A stretch of DNA of 30,728 bases, taken from contig JBFMGU010000124.1 of assembly GCA_040752415.1 (NCBI GenBank), positions 1 through 30,728 of the forward strand. The letters are read 5' to 3'. Origin of the DNA: Myxococcota bacterium (GTDB lineage Bacteria; Myxococcota; JACRCW01). Of the stretch, positions 1-8,486 are shown piece after piece. The position numbers were made by a program, and so were the translations under genes. The stretch's first letter is position 1; each line of letters begins with the position of its first letter. A model generated the notes under the pieces. The model saw only the letters and a list, made by a program, of their open reading frames with translations, searched no databases and had not been told where the DNA came from.

Positions 1-94
1 CGTCGGCGCCAATGATGTCGCGCGCGGCGGCCGGGGCGGACAGCAGTCCCAGCAACGCGCTGCCCAGCATCAGTCTCTTCAGCCAATGGGACAT
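1..94 (-). CDS. 5' end of a secreted protein, running off the left edge (MSHWLKRLMLGSALLGLLSAPAAARDIIGAD...)
   Basis: ATG at 94 (minus) with GGAGGAG Shine-Dalgarno (plus ctcctcc, 101-107); Sec-type signal peptide ending AAA; co-oriented just downstream of the DsbA-like gene; not in the ORF track. Confidence 0.75.
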   Translation of the reverse strand, partial: MSHWLKRLMLGSALLGLLSAPAAARDIIGAD

Positions 95-128
95 TCGTCT
101 CTCCTCCGCTCAAAACGCGCCGCGTGGT

Positions 129-1085
129 TCAGCGGCAGGAACCCTGGCCACGCACCCGCTCCATGGCCAGGCGGCTCTCGAAGTTCTCCATGGAACGCCG
201 CAGCCCGAAGCGGCGCCCGTTCACATACACCGTGGGCGTGCTCTGGATTCCCAGCGCCTCCCCCTCCTTGCGACTGGCCTCCACGCGCCCCAGCAGCGAG
301 GGGTCCCCGAGGTCCGCCTCGAAGCGCTTCATGTCCAACCCCAGCTGGCGCGCCAGGGTGCGCAGGGTCTCCTGGGACAGGTGCTCCTGGTTCTCGAACA
401 CCTTGTCATGCATCTCCCAGAACTTGCCCTGTCGCCCTGCCGCCTCCACCGCCACCGCCGCGTCCTTGGCCGCGGGATGACCGGAGAGGGGGAAGTGCTT
501 GTAGATGAGACGGACCTCCCCCGGGTACTTCTTCACCAGCGCTTTGAGGGTGGGCGCGGTGTCGCGGCAGTGCGGGCACTCAAAGTCCGAGTACTCCACG
601 ATGGTGATGGGCGCGCTGGCCGGACCCAGGGTGGCGTAGCCGTCCAACACCAGGTTCTTGGGCGGTGCGTTGTAGCCGCCGCTGAAGGCCTCCGTGAGCT
701 GCTCGCGCAGGATGTCCTCCGGCATGCCGGCCTTGATGTCGCGGACGATCATCTGGGCCATCAGCGGCGCGGCGGGGCACTTGCTGTCCGCCTGCAGGCA
801 GGCCGCCAGGGTGACGGGGCAGTCGCAGGGGCAGAACTCATCATTGGCCACCTGGATGAACAGCTCCCGCTGGCGGTCATCCAGCTCCCCCAGGTCCACC
901 TGGGCAAAAGTGCGCACCGCGGCGCCGCCGGTGGGCGCGGTGGGCGCGGCCTTCCCGGGGGTGGCCACCGCGGCGGGCGCAGGGGCGGGGTCCGGCGGTG
1001 CGGACTGTCGCGAATTGCTGCAGGTGGCCGCCCCGAGCAGCGCGCTGGCTGCCAGGACCCAGCCGGGGTTCAACCAATGACGCAT
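129..1085 (-). CDS. DsbA/thioredoxin-fold oxidoreductase, probable lipoprotein, with an extra N-terminal Cys-rich domain
   Basis: ITIVEYSDFECPHC active site, YKHFPL, and QSTPTVYVNG cis-Pro loop; signal peptide with AATC; start refined to the ATG at 1085 (alternative 1088) after GAGG. Confidence 0.9.
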   Translation of the reverse strand: MRHWLNPGWVLAASALLGAATCSNSRQSAPPDPAPAPAAVATPGKAAPTAPTGGAAVRTFAQVDLGELDDRQRELFIQVANDEFCPCDCPVTLAACLQADSKCPAAPLMAQMIVRDIKAGMPEDILREQLTEAFSGGYNAPPKNLVLDGYATLGPASAPITIVEYSDFECPHCRDTAPTLKALVKKYPGEVRLIYKHFPLSGHPAAKDAAVAVEAAGRQGKFWEMHDKVFENQEHLSQETLRTLARQLGLDMKRFEADLGDPSLLGRVEASRKEGEALGIQSTPTVYVNGRRFGLRRSMENFESRLAMERVRGQGSCR

Positions 1086-1320
1086 CATGGACCTCAAAAG
1101 GCGCAGCCGAGCCCGCCTTGAGCGTGCGGACGGGGTGACCCCAGCAACGTGCGGCCGGCATCTATCGCTCCTGGGCTGGCGGGTTCAAGCGCTGCCTTGA
1201 CAGGAGGGGCGGGGCGTCCTGGGCCCTTGGCAACAGCCCCGCGCAACCCGTAGAGTGGCCCGTCAAGCAGGTCCCGCCTTCACCTCCCCCGGAGAGGGAC
1301 GGCGACCCCGGACGCGGCAC

Positions 1321-2244
1321 ATGGCGGATTTTGAAGACACGTCGGAAAAGACGGCCATTGTGAAGCCCCACCAGCTCAAGCCGCTGGTGCAGGAAGGTGA
1401 AGCCGCGCCCTATCTCATCGTCATCGCGGGCAAGCAGATCGGCAAGCAGTACAAGGTGACCGGCCCGGAGATGATCATCGGCCGCTCCCCGGACTGCCAC
1501 GTGCAGATCGAGGACGACGGCGTCTCCCGGCGGCACGCGCGCGTGGCCAACCAGAACGGCGTGTACATGCTCTCCGACGCGGGGAGCACCAACGGGACCT
1601 TTGCCAACAGCAAGAAGGTGGACCAGCACCCGCTGCGCGACGGCGACAAGATCCAGATCGGCTCCAACACCGTGCTGAAGTTCACGGTGCAGGACAGCCT
1701 GGAGGAGAACGCGCAGCGGGCCCTCTATGAGAGCGCCACCAAGGATGCGCTGACGGGCGCGTACAACAAGAAGTTCTTCGCGGAGCGGCTCAAGAGCGAG
1801 TTTGCCTTCGCGTTCCGTCGGACCAGCACCTCGCCGCTGTCCCTGGTGCTCTTCGACATCGACCACTTCAAGAAGATCAACGACACCTACGGCCACATCG
1901 CCGGGGACTTCGTGCTGAAGAACCTGGCGGGTGTGGTGCAGCGGCAGCTCAGGACCGAGGACATCTTCGCGCGTTACGGCGGCGAGGAGTTCGGCATCAT
2001 CCTGCGGGAGACGGACGGGGAGAAGACGTTCATCATCGCGGAGCGGGTGCGTCGCGCGGTGGAGGGCTTCAAGTTCATCCACGAGGGCAAGCAGATCCCG
2101 GTCACCATCTCCATGGGCGCCGCCACGCTGGATTCCAAGCTGCACCCGGACCCCAAGGCTCTGCTCAAGGCCGCCGACGACCTGCTCTACAAGGCCAAGC
2201 GCGGCGGTCGGAACCGCACGGAAAGCAGCATGCTGGGCGGCTGA
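1321..2244 (+). CDS. FHA domain-GGDEF diguanylate cyclase
   Basis: FHA motifs IIGRSPDC, VSRRHA, GSTNGTF, LRDGDKIQIG; GGDEF motifs DALTGAYN, DIDHFKKINDTYGH, RYGGEEF with RxxD I-site (RTED); likely start ATG 1321. Confidence 0.93.
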   Translation: MADFEDTSEKTAIVKPHQLKPLVQEGEAAPYLIVIAGKQIGKQYKVTGPEMIIGRSPDCHVQIEDDGVSRRHARVANQNGVYMLSDAGSTNGTFANSKKVDQHPLRDGDKIQIGSNTVLKFTVQDSLEENAQRALYESATKDALTGAYNKKFFAERLKSEFAFAFRRTSTSPLSLVLFDIDHFKKINDTYGHIAGDFVLKNLAGVVQRQLRTEDIFARYGGEEFGIILRETDGEKTFIIAERVRRAVEGFKFIHEGKQIPVTISMGAATLDSKLHPDPKALLKAADDLLYKAKRGGRNRTESSMLGG

Positions 2245-2436
2245 GCGCCTGGCGAACCGGCTCATCTCGAGAGAACGCGATCTCCCGACGGGGGCTCAGC
2301 CGTGATGGGACGGCCGACAGTCGACCTTCACCGGGTTGAACCCCAGGCCCCCGCAGCGGTTCCCGTTCGAGGATGACCGACGCGACAGTCGTCTTCCCAA
2401 TCCCAATTCCAATCCCCGCGCGGTCCGTATCTGGCG

Positions 2437-2724
2437 ACCGTGGGTATCAGCGGCAGCCAAGGCTGCACCTGGAAAGGCACCAAGCCCGGCCTCGAAGGCA
2501 CGCCTGCACGACGTCACCGCGCCGGGCTCTGCGTTGGTGGAGGTAGGCGACGTGGTTTGCGGTGTCCACGTCGGCGAAAGGACCTCATCTGGTCGCTCCT
2601 CTCAGCCACGTCACCTTATCACCATCAACGCAGAGCCCGGCGCGGTGACGTCGTGCAGGCGCGCCTTCGAGGCCGGGCTTGGTGCCTTTCCAGGTGCAGC
2701 CTTGGCTGCTGCGATACCCATGGT
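2437..2724. repeat. Long inverted repeat element A (REPIN/MITE-like)
   Basis: Arms about 2437-2557 and 2604-2724; core 2453-2536 vs 2626-2709 is reverse-complementary at 83/84 nt; shares the CTGGAAAGGCACCAAGCCYGGCCTCG...CCGCGCCRGGCTCTGC core with element B at 16071-16424. Confidence 0.92.
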
Positions 2725-2754
2725 GCAGACGGTTGGTTGATGAGGACCACGTGG

Positions 2755-2884
2755 GATTTTCCGTCGTCACTGGGCCGGGAAGGGAGACGATCCTTGATCT
2801 GCGGCGCGTCTTCTCGTTGGAAAGAGGGCTGCGTGTTCACCGAACGCACTCCCCCTTCCCGGGACGCGGTGACGACGGAGAATC
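2755..2884. repeat. Imperfect inverted repeat enclosing two small hairpins
   Basis: GATTTTCCGTCGTCACTGGGCCGGGAAGGGAG (2755-2786) pairs with CTCCCCCTTCCCGGGACGCGGTGACGACGGAGAATC (2849-2884). Confidence 0.65.
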
Positions 2885-2885
2885 A

Positions 2886-3003
2886 ATCCCCATCTCGGAT
2901 ATCAGTGGCGCCTGGTTGCTGGAGATTCAGTGTGCTCTTCGTCGGGGGCCGCGGCCGCGAGGGCACGGCGGTCCCACGTTCCACTGACATCCGGGATTGG
3001 GAT
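2886..3003. repeat. Imperfect 23-bp inverted repeat with a nested hairpin
   Basis: ATCCCCATCTCGGATATCAGTGG (2886-2908) vs CCACTGACATCCGGGATTGGGAT (2981-3003), 20/23 complementary; internal GTGCTCT...AGGGCAC stem. Confidence 0.65.
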
Positions 3004-3006
3004 GGG

Positions 3007-3044
3007 AAAATCGAAAAGGCCGGGCACGCCGTCCCGGCCTTTCC
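3007..3044 (-). terminator. Intrinsic terminator of the lipoprotein gene
   Basis: Minus strand AAAGGCCGGG-acggcgtg-CCCGGCCTTT, continuing TCGATTTT, about 25 nt after the stop at 3067. Confidence 0.75.
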
Positions 3045-3066
3045 GTTCTTCACGACGTGCGGGGGG

Positions 3067-4116
3067 TCAGACCTCGTTGGGCAGCTGCTCCTCGGTGAAG
3101 GCGCACTGGGTCTCGTCGCCCTCGGTGGGACGCACGGAGTTCCGGAACTCCTCCGGCAGCTCCGGCGGCGTGGTCTCCTGGAAGACGACGTTGAACATCT
3201 CATCCCAGCACTCCGTGGCGGTCACCGCGTTGCCCGGGATGCTCTGCGCCGCCATGTCCGCCGGGACCTCACCCTCGCCGATGCTGACGTCGGAGCGGCC
3301 GCGGCCGTCGGCCAGCCAGCGGGAGCGGATGGTCATCTCCTCGATGAGCGGCTTGTTCTCGGTGGCCTTGTGGATGTTGCCGTGCGCCTGGAACTGGAAG
3401 TTGCCCGAGCCGTCGGTTGCCTCCTCGTACACGTACTTGGCAGGCTGGCGCTCGACGGTGTCGCCGTCGCAGCGGTTGCGGAAGTCAATGAAGTCCACGC
3501 TGATGGCCTTGGGCTCGGTGTCCGCGGCGAACTTCACGCGCGCCGTCCCCTCCAGCACGTCGCGGTTGCCGTTGCCGCAGCTCTTCTGCTCCACCGCCTG
3601 CGCGTTGTCGAAGTAGATGCCCAGCTCACCGTGGCCGCGGTTGGGATTCTGCTCGCCGCGGGTGACGTCGCCGTCGAAGATGACCTTGTAGTCGCTCTCA
3701 CTGCTGGAGCCCTTGGGGCGGCCCTCCAGCTTGAAGGTGAAGCGACCCTCCTCCACCTTGGTGGCCTGGAAGCGCCACTGCACGCGCTCCAGACCCTTGG
3801 GCTCCGAGGGACCCCAGGTCCAGGTGTTGCCTTCCTTCCTGGTGGGCTGCTCGTTGGTGATGGCGCGGGCAATGGACAGCACGAAGAACACGAAGCCGTT
3901 GATGCCGCGGCTCACGTTGTAGGTCGTCTCGTAGAAGGCGCTGCGCTCACCCACCAGGGCCTGCCCGCTGCCGCTCTCACCCGGCACGGAGATCTCCACC
4001 GCCTTGTCCTCCGGCAGGGCCTCCTGGATGTTGAACTGGTCCTGGTTGCACCCGGTGAACAGAAGGGAACCGCTCACCAGCAGGGTCACGGCGGAAACAT
4101 TCGCTCGGCGAAACAT
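3067..4116 (-). CDS. Hypothetical lipoprotein (349 aa)
   Basis: ATG 4116 preceded by GGAGGT; signal MFRRANVSAVTLLVSGSLLFTG-C lipobox; strong GC3 bias; beta-rich acidic body with paired Cys. Confidence 0.8.
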   Translation of the reverse strand: MFRRANVSAVTLLVSGSLLFTGCNQDQFNIQEALPEDKAVEISVPGESGSGQALVGERSAFYETTYNVSRGINGFVFFVLSIARAITNEQPTRKEGNTWTWGPSEPKGLERVQWRFQATKVEEGRFTFKLEGRPKGSSSESDYKVIFDGDVTRGEQNPNRGHGELGIYFDNAQAVEQKSCGNGNRDVLEGTARVKFAADTEPKAISVDFIDFRNRCDGDTVERQPAKYVYEEATDGSGNFQFQAHGNIHKATENKPLIEEMTIRSRWLADGRGRSDVSIGEGEVPADMAAQSIPGNAVTATECWDEMFNVVFQETTPPELPEEFRNSVRPTEGDETQCAFTEEQLPNEV

Positions 4117-4321
4117 TGAAACCTCCCGGAAAGGAACCCACGCGCCTTTGTAGCCATGGACCCGCCCGCCCCGGCAAACCGAAAAGGCGTCTGCAGTGGG
4201 GAGGCAAGTGGTTGATCCCGCGCCGTTTTCCGGAGCAGCAGATCCTGCGCGACCCACGGGGGAATGCGCGTTGCCTCAGCGTGCGGGGGCCCATTAAGGG
4301 TGCGGTGTGGTGAGCAGCGTG

Positions 4322-5701
4322 ATGCAGGGCGTGCGGGGGGCCGTCGTCGGGGCGCGACGGGTGTGGCGCGGTCTGTCCTGGCGGAGGATGGAGCGCGCGC
4401 TGCTGGTGCTGTTCCTGGTGGCCAAGGCACTGGCGCTCTACCGACGGTGGGGCGTGCAGATGGGCCACGACGCGTTCTTCCAGATGGAAGTCACGCGCAT
4501 GCTGGGCTGGAAGAAGCTGACCCTGGGCCTGCGCGACTGCTTCAACTGCTACCAGCCCCCGCTGGGCTATCTGATCCCCAAGCTGTTCGCGCTCCTGGGA
4601 TTCAACGAGGTTCTGTCCGCGCAGTTGGCGTCGTTCACGTCGTCGCTGGTGGCGTTCCTCCTGTTGCGCGGCGCGGTGCAGCGCATGGGCCTGTTGCGCC
4701 GGCCCGAGGGCATCGTCTTCCTGTACGTGTCGTCGTCGATTCCCATCCAGCTCTACCTGACCACCAGCATCACGCTGGACTCGTTCATGTACGCGTGGGC
4801 GTGCGCCATCCTGTACACGTCGGTGGTGGCGTTCTGGCGGTGGGGCGCGCCGCAGCGTGGCCGACGCGTGGCGATGGTGGCGCTGGTGTTGCTCCTGGCC
4901 AGCAGCACGCTGGTGAAATACTCGGGGTTCATCCTGTTCAGCATCCCGGTGTTCGTGGCGCTGCTGCAGGCGCGCGTGCGTCGCGGGTCGATGCGGAGCG
5001 GGGGGAGATGGCTGGCGCCTTCGGTGCGCGCGGTCATCCTGGGCGTGACGGCCACCGCGTTGGTGATGCCGTACTACTACCAGCGCTACTACACGCAGAC
5101 CGGCAAGCTCTTCCCCATTGCCAGCGACTGGCTCCGCGCCGAGGACGTGCGCAAGGGCCGCACCATGCGCGACCAGCACACCGCGATGTTCGTGCGCGCG
5201 TTGTTGACGCCCCCGGACCACGCCGACGAGCACCCCGACTGGGCCGACCAGAAGGTGTGCCGCCTCCACGACGCGTGGCGCCACTTCTGGATCCGCTTCC
5301 ACGTCACCGGCTGGGGCGGGCCCACCGCGTTCCAGCTCAGCAAGCTGTACCTGGCGTGGATGCCGTGGCTGCTGCTCGCCGGCGCGGTGTACTTCGTGCG
5401 GCGGATTCGACGTCGTGACGCGTGGAACGCGCTGGGGATCCTGGTGGTGCTGGTGGGCGGGCTGCACGTGGCGGGGCTCATCCGGCACATCTGGGACAAC
5501 CCGTTCGCGGAGTACATCCCGGCCAAGGCCTATTACATCAGCCCGGTGTGCTGGATGTTGGGCTACCTGATGGCCAACCTGACGCGTGCGCGTGGCCTGG
5601 CGCCCATGATTCTCGCCGTGAACTGGCGCAACGGGCGGAAGGTTCTCGTCGCTGTGGCGGGGGTGTTCATGTTCGCCAACCACTGGGTCACCATCTTCTG
5701 A
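4322..5701 (+). CDS. Polytopic membrane glycosyltransferase, GT-C fold (ArnT/PMT-like)
   Basis: About 10 hydrophobic segments; acidic residue after TM1 (GHDAFFQ), YQPPLGY, TLDS and LVKYSG motifs typical of GT-C enzymes; start uncertain (4310/4322/4388). Confidence 0.65.
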   Translation: MQGVRGAVVGARRVWRGLSWRRMERALLVLFLVAKALALYRRWGVQMGHDAFFQMEVTRMLGWKKLTLGLRDCFNCYQPPLGYLIPKLFALLGFNEVLSAQLASFTSSLVAFLLLRGAVQRMGLLRRPEGIVFLYVSSSIPIQLYLTTSITLDSFMYAWACAILYTSVVAFWRWGAPQRGRRVAMVALVLLLASSTLVKYSGFILFSIPVFVALLQARVRRGSMRSGGRWLAPSVRAVILGVTATALVMPYYYQRYYTQTGKLFPIASDWLRAEDVRKGRTMRDQHTAMFVRALLTPPDHADEHPDWADQKVCRLHDAWRHFWIRFHVTGWGGPTAFQLSKLYLAWMPWLLLAGAVYFVRRIRRRDAWNALGILVVLVGGLHVAGLIRHIWDNPFAEYIPAKAYYISPVCWMLGYLMANLTRARGLAPMILAVNWRNGRKVLVAVAGVFMFANHWVTIF

Positions 5702-6301
5702 TGCGCGTGCTGCTGGGCTGCGTGCTGGCGGTGAGGATTTCGTTGTCCTGAAAGGCGTGCGGAGGGCGTGACGGAGGTTGCCGCGGAATTCCGGCGGGGA
5801 GCCCGGGGGGCCTTCGCGGGGGCGTTCGTTTGTGATACGTGCCGTGGTATCATGTATGAAGAGGCCGGAGACCCCTCCCCCGCCACCCGCCGTGCGTGAC
5901 GCCGCCAGCGGTCCTCCGACGCGCCCATCCGTCACGCCTTCCCAACGCATTGGGAACGGATGGGCCCAGCGGGAAATCTCGTCGTGCGCTCAGGCATCTT
6001 GTGACGCGCTTGCTGGTGGGCTGCGTGCTGGCGGTGAGGATTTCGTGGTCCTCAAAAGGCGTGCGGAGGGCGTGACGGAGGCCGCCGCGGAACACCGGCG
6101 TGGGGGCGGGGGGCCCCTTTGGGGGGGTGTTCATACATGATATGTCGCAGGGTATCATGTGTGAAGGGGGGCTGGAGCCTCACCCCCCGCGCAACCCGCC
6201 GTGCGTGACGCCGCGAGCCACGCGGTTCTCCGGCGCGTCCCTCCGTCACTCCTTCCCAACGCCTTTGGGGCCAAGCGTGAAACCCCGGTCGGCGCTCAGG
6301 C
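5692..6301. repeat. Two diverged tandem copies of a ~303-bp unit, each containing a ~200-nt long hairpin
   Basis: Identical blocks 5714-5743 = 6017-6046 (30 nt) and 5751-5777 = 6055-6081 (27 nt), plus ACCCGCCGTGCGTGACGCCGC in both copies; arms 5751-5776/5928-5951 and 6055-6080/6241-6266 are complementary. Confidence 0.9.
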
Positions 6302-6728
6302 GCGCTGCAGTCCGAGGCTGGCGTGCACGGGGAGGTGGTCCGAGCGGAATGGCACCGCACCGCCGTAGCGCACCACCGACGCGCCACGGTGCACGAAACG
6401 CACGTCGTCACCGTCCCGGGTGAAGATGCGGTCAAAGCGATGCGGCGAGTCCCGCCACGTTCCGTGCGGCAGGTGCGGGGTGGTGGCGTCGCAGAGGCTC
6501 ACGCGGTTCCCAGTCAGATTGGCCGGGGAAGTGATGGCCCTTGGCCGCGGAATCGCAGACAAGAACCATCGCCTCGCAGGTGCCAGGGTCACCCTCCGCC
6601 ACGGTCAACTCCACCGGGAACCGCTGTAAGAAGGCAGCTCATCCACCTGGCGCGCCCGCACCCGCGCCGCGGAGCGGTCCGCCTGCGCCTGCGGGGAAGG
6701 TGTTGAGGGTGGCCGCGCGCAGCAACAT
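6296..6728 (-). pseudogene. Degraded endonuclease/exonuclease/phosphatase (EEP) family remnant
   Basis: EEP-like motifs in colinear order but split across reading frames: LRAATLNT / RARQVDEL / MVLVCD / GTW...RFDRIF...SDHLPVHA, ending at TGA 6296. Confidence 0.6.
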
Positions 6729-6866
6729 CGACGTGGACGTTCGCGTGCGCCGCACCGCGCGCCACGCGACCGATGCGACAAGGTGGTTGGGCGGCCCATC
6801 CGCGTTGCGGCGGCTGGTGACGTTTTTCGTCGCTGGCAACATGCGCTCCTCGTGAGGGAACGCCGC

Positions 6867-8438
6867 ATGACGTATGCCGCTGTCCAAAAGCATCCGCGTT
6901 TCACGGTCAAGACTCCGGTCCTGGTGATGACCTCCGCGGGACTGCAGACGTTGGAGCTGGAGAACATCTCACTGGGCGGCGCTTTCGTGCGCACCGACCA
7001 ACCTCCGGTCACCGGTGGCTGCGTGCGCATGCGCCTGGACACCCGGGACGCGGCGGTGGATGCGCTGGCGCGGGTCATCCACGTGGTGGAGCACCGCAAC
7101 ACGTTGCCGCCGGGGATGGGCGTGCGCTTCGAGGAGATGACCGGTGACTCCCGGGGAGCGCTGCAGCGCTACGTCGACAAGCTGGCCAGCGCGGTGCGGG
7201 AGCGGGACGCCCACGTGCGCGCGGGGCCGCGCTTCGTGGGACAGGCGGCGGTGACCATGAGCGTGGGCGACCGCGGCGGGCTGCAGCAGCTGTGGCTGCA
7301 CAACATCTCCAAGGGCGGGTTGTTCGTGGAGACCAAGGCGCCTCCCGGTCGCGGCACGCTGGTGACCGTGGAGCTGGGCACGCCCGGTGGCGCGCTGAGC
7401 CTCAAGGCGGAGGTGGTGCACGTCCTCGACGAGCAACAGGCGCAGTCGCTCTCCCTGCCCGCCGGCGTGGGACTGCAGTTCCTGCCGCTGGACGAGGAGA
7501 CACGCCGCGCGCTCAGCAGCTACCTGGAGGGACGCGCCGCCAAGCTGTCCAACACGGTCTCACGCGCACCGGAGCCGCCGGGCAACACGCTGCTCGCCGA
7601 GGTTCGTCGCTTCTTTGAGTGCGTGGACCGCCAGGACATGTTTGGCGCACTGGGCCTGCCCGCCACCGCCACCGCGCCCGAGGTGGAACAGCGCGTGGCC
7701 GAGCTGAGACGCCTGTTCCGGGCCCGTCCCGACGACGCCTCCCCCGGCCTGCTCGCGCGGCTGCAGGCGGGGCTGCGGGTGATGACGCGGGTGGAGGAGG
7801 AGACGCGTTCCATCCTCAAGGCGCGCGAGGAGCGCCAGGGCGAGATTGTCTGCGTCACCGAGCCCGCGCCACCGCCCCCGACGACGACGAGCCTGGAAGC
7901 CCGGGTGCGCAAGCTGGTGGAGGAGGCGGGCGCGGAGCAGTTCCGCGGGGAGCTGGGCCGCGCGGAGCACTACCTGATGCAGGCCCAGATGCTGGCCGCG
8001 GATGACGACGGGATCCGGCAGCGCCTGGCGGCGGTACGCAAGGCCATCAAGACGGCGGAGGAACGCCGCAACGACGACCGCGCGCAGGACCTGCTCATGA
8101 AGGCCGACGTGTTCTCCCTCAACCAGGGCATGCGCGAGCAGGCCGCCGCCTACGCGCTCCAGGCCGCCACCCTCACCAGCAACCGCAGCATCCGCGTGCG
8201 CGCCCTGGTGGTGCTCAGCAAGGCGGGCGCGGCGCAGCCGGCGGTGAAGCTGGCCAAGCAGCTCATCGAGGAGGACGCGCAGGACCCCGCGCCGTGGCAG
8301 GCGTTGTTGCGCATCTATGAGTCGCGTGAGCACTGGGCGCTGGCCTCCCGCGTGGCGGAGACGTTGGCACGCCTGTGTCCCGACGACGCCGCCGTGGCCC
8401 GGCACGCGCGCCAGCTCATGGCCCGGGTCCGACGGTGA
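6867..8438 (+). CDS. Tandem PilZ domain protein with a DnaJ-like helical segment and C-terminal TPR region
   Basis: Two PilZ units (HPRF...NISLGGAFV...ARVIHV...GMGVRF; GPRF...NISKGGLFV...AEVVHV...GVGLQF); DMFGALGLPATATAPEV J-like start with no HPD; helical TPR-like tail; ATG 6867 after GAGGGA. Confidence 0.85.
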   Translation: MTYAAVQKHPRFTVKTPVLVMTSAGLQTLELENISLGGAFVRTDQPPVTGGCVRMRLDTRDAAVDALARVIHVVEHRNTLPPGMGVRFEEMTGDSRGALQRYVDKLASAVRERDAHVRAGPRFVGQAAVTMSVGDRGGLQQLWLHNISKGGLFVETKAPPGRGTLVTVELGTPGGALSLKAEVVHVLDEQQAQSLSLPAGVGLQFLPLDEETRRALSSYLEGRAAKLSNTVSRAPEPPGNTLLAEVRRFFECVDRQDMFGALGLPATATAPEVEQRVAELRRLFRARPDDASPGLLARLQAGLRVMTRVEEETRSILKAREERQGEIVCVTEPAPPPPTTTSLEARVRKLVEEAGAEQFRGELGRAEHYLMQAQMLAADDDGIRQRLAAVRKAIKTAEERRNDDRAQDLLMKADVFSLNQGMREQAAAYALQAATLTSNRSIRVRALVVLSKAGAAQPAVKLAKQLIEEDAQDPAPWQALLRIYESREHWALASRVAETLARLCPDDAAVARHARQLMARVRR

Positions 8439-8486
8439 GCCCGATGTTGGCCCCGGCGGGAGGGATGGCCTAGCGTCCCCGCCGTG

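Noticed and set aside
1200..1275. Sigma-54 promoter candidates in the divergent spacer (also near 4200)
   Set aside because: The GG-N10-GC spacing or the TTGC element was not satisfied
2336..2770. ORFs sharing the peptide WKGTKPGL here and at 15889-16413
   Set aside because: The similarity comes from translating the palindromic DNA repeat on both strands; no RBS or codon bias
2245..3066. Retron msr-msd, given the long hairpins in a myxobacteria-like genome
   Set aside because: No reverse transcriptase is adjacent, and element A has a relative elsewhere in the window, which fits a dispersed repeat
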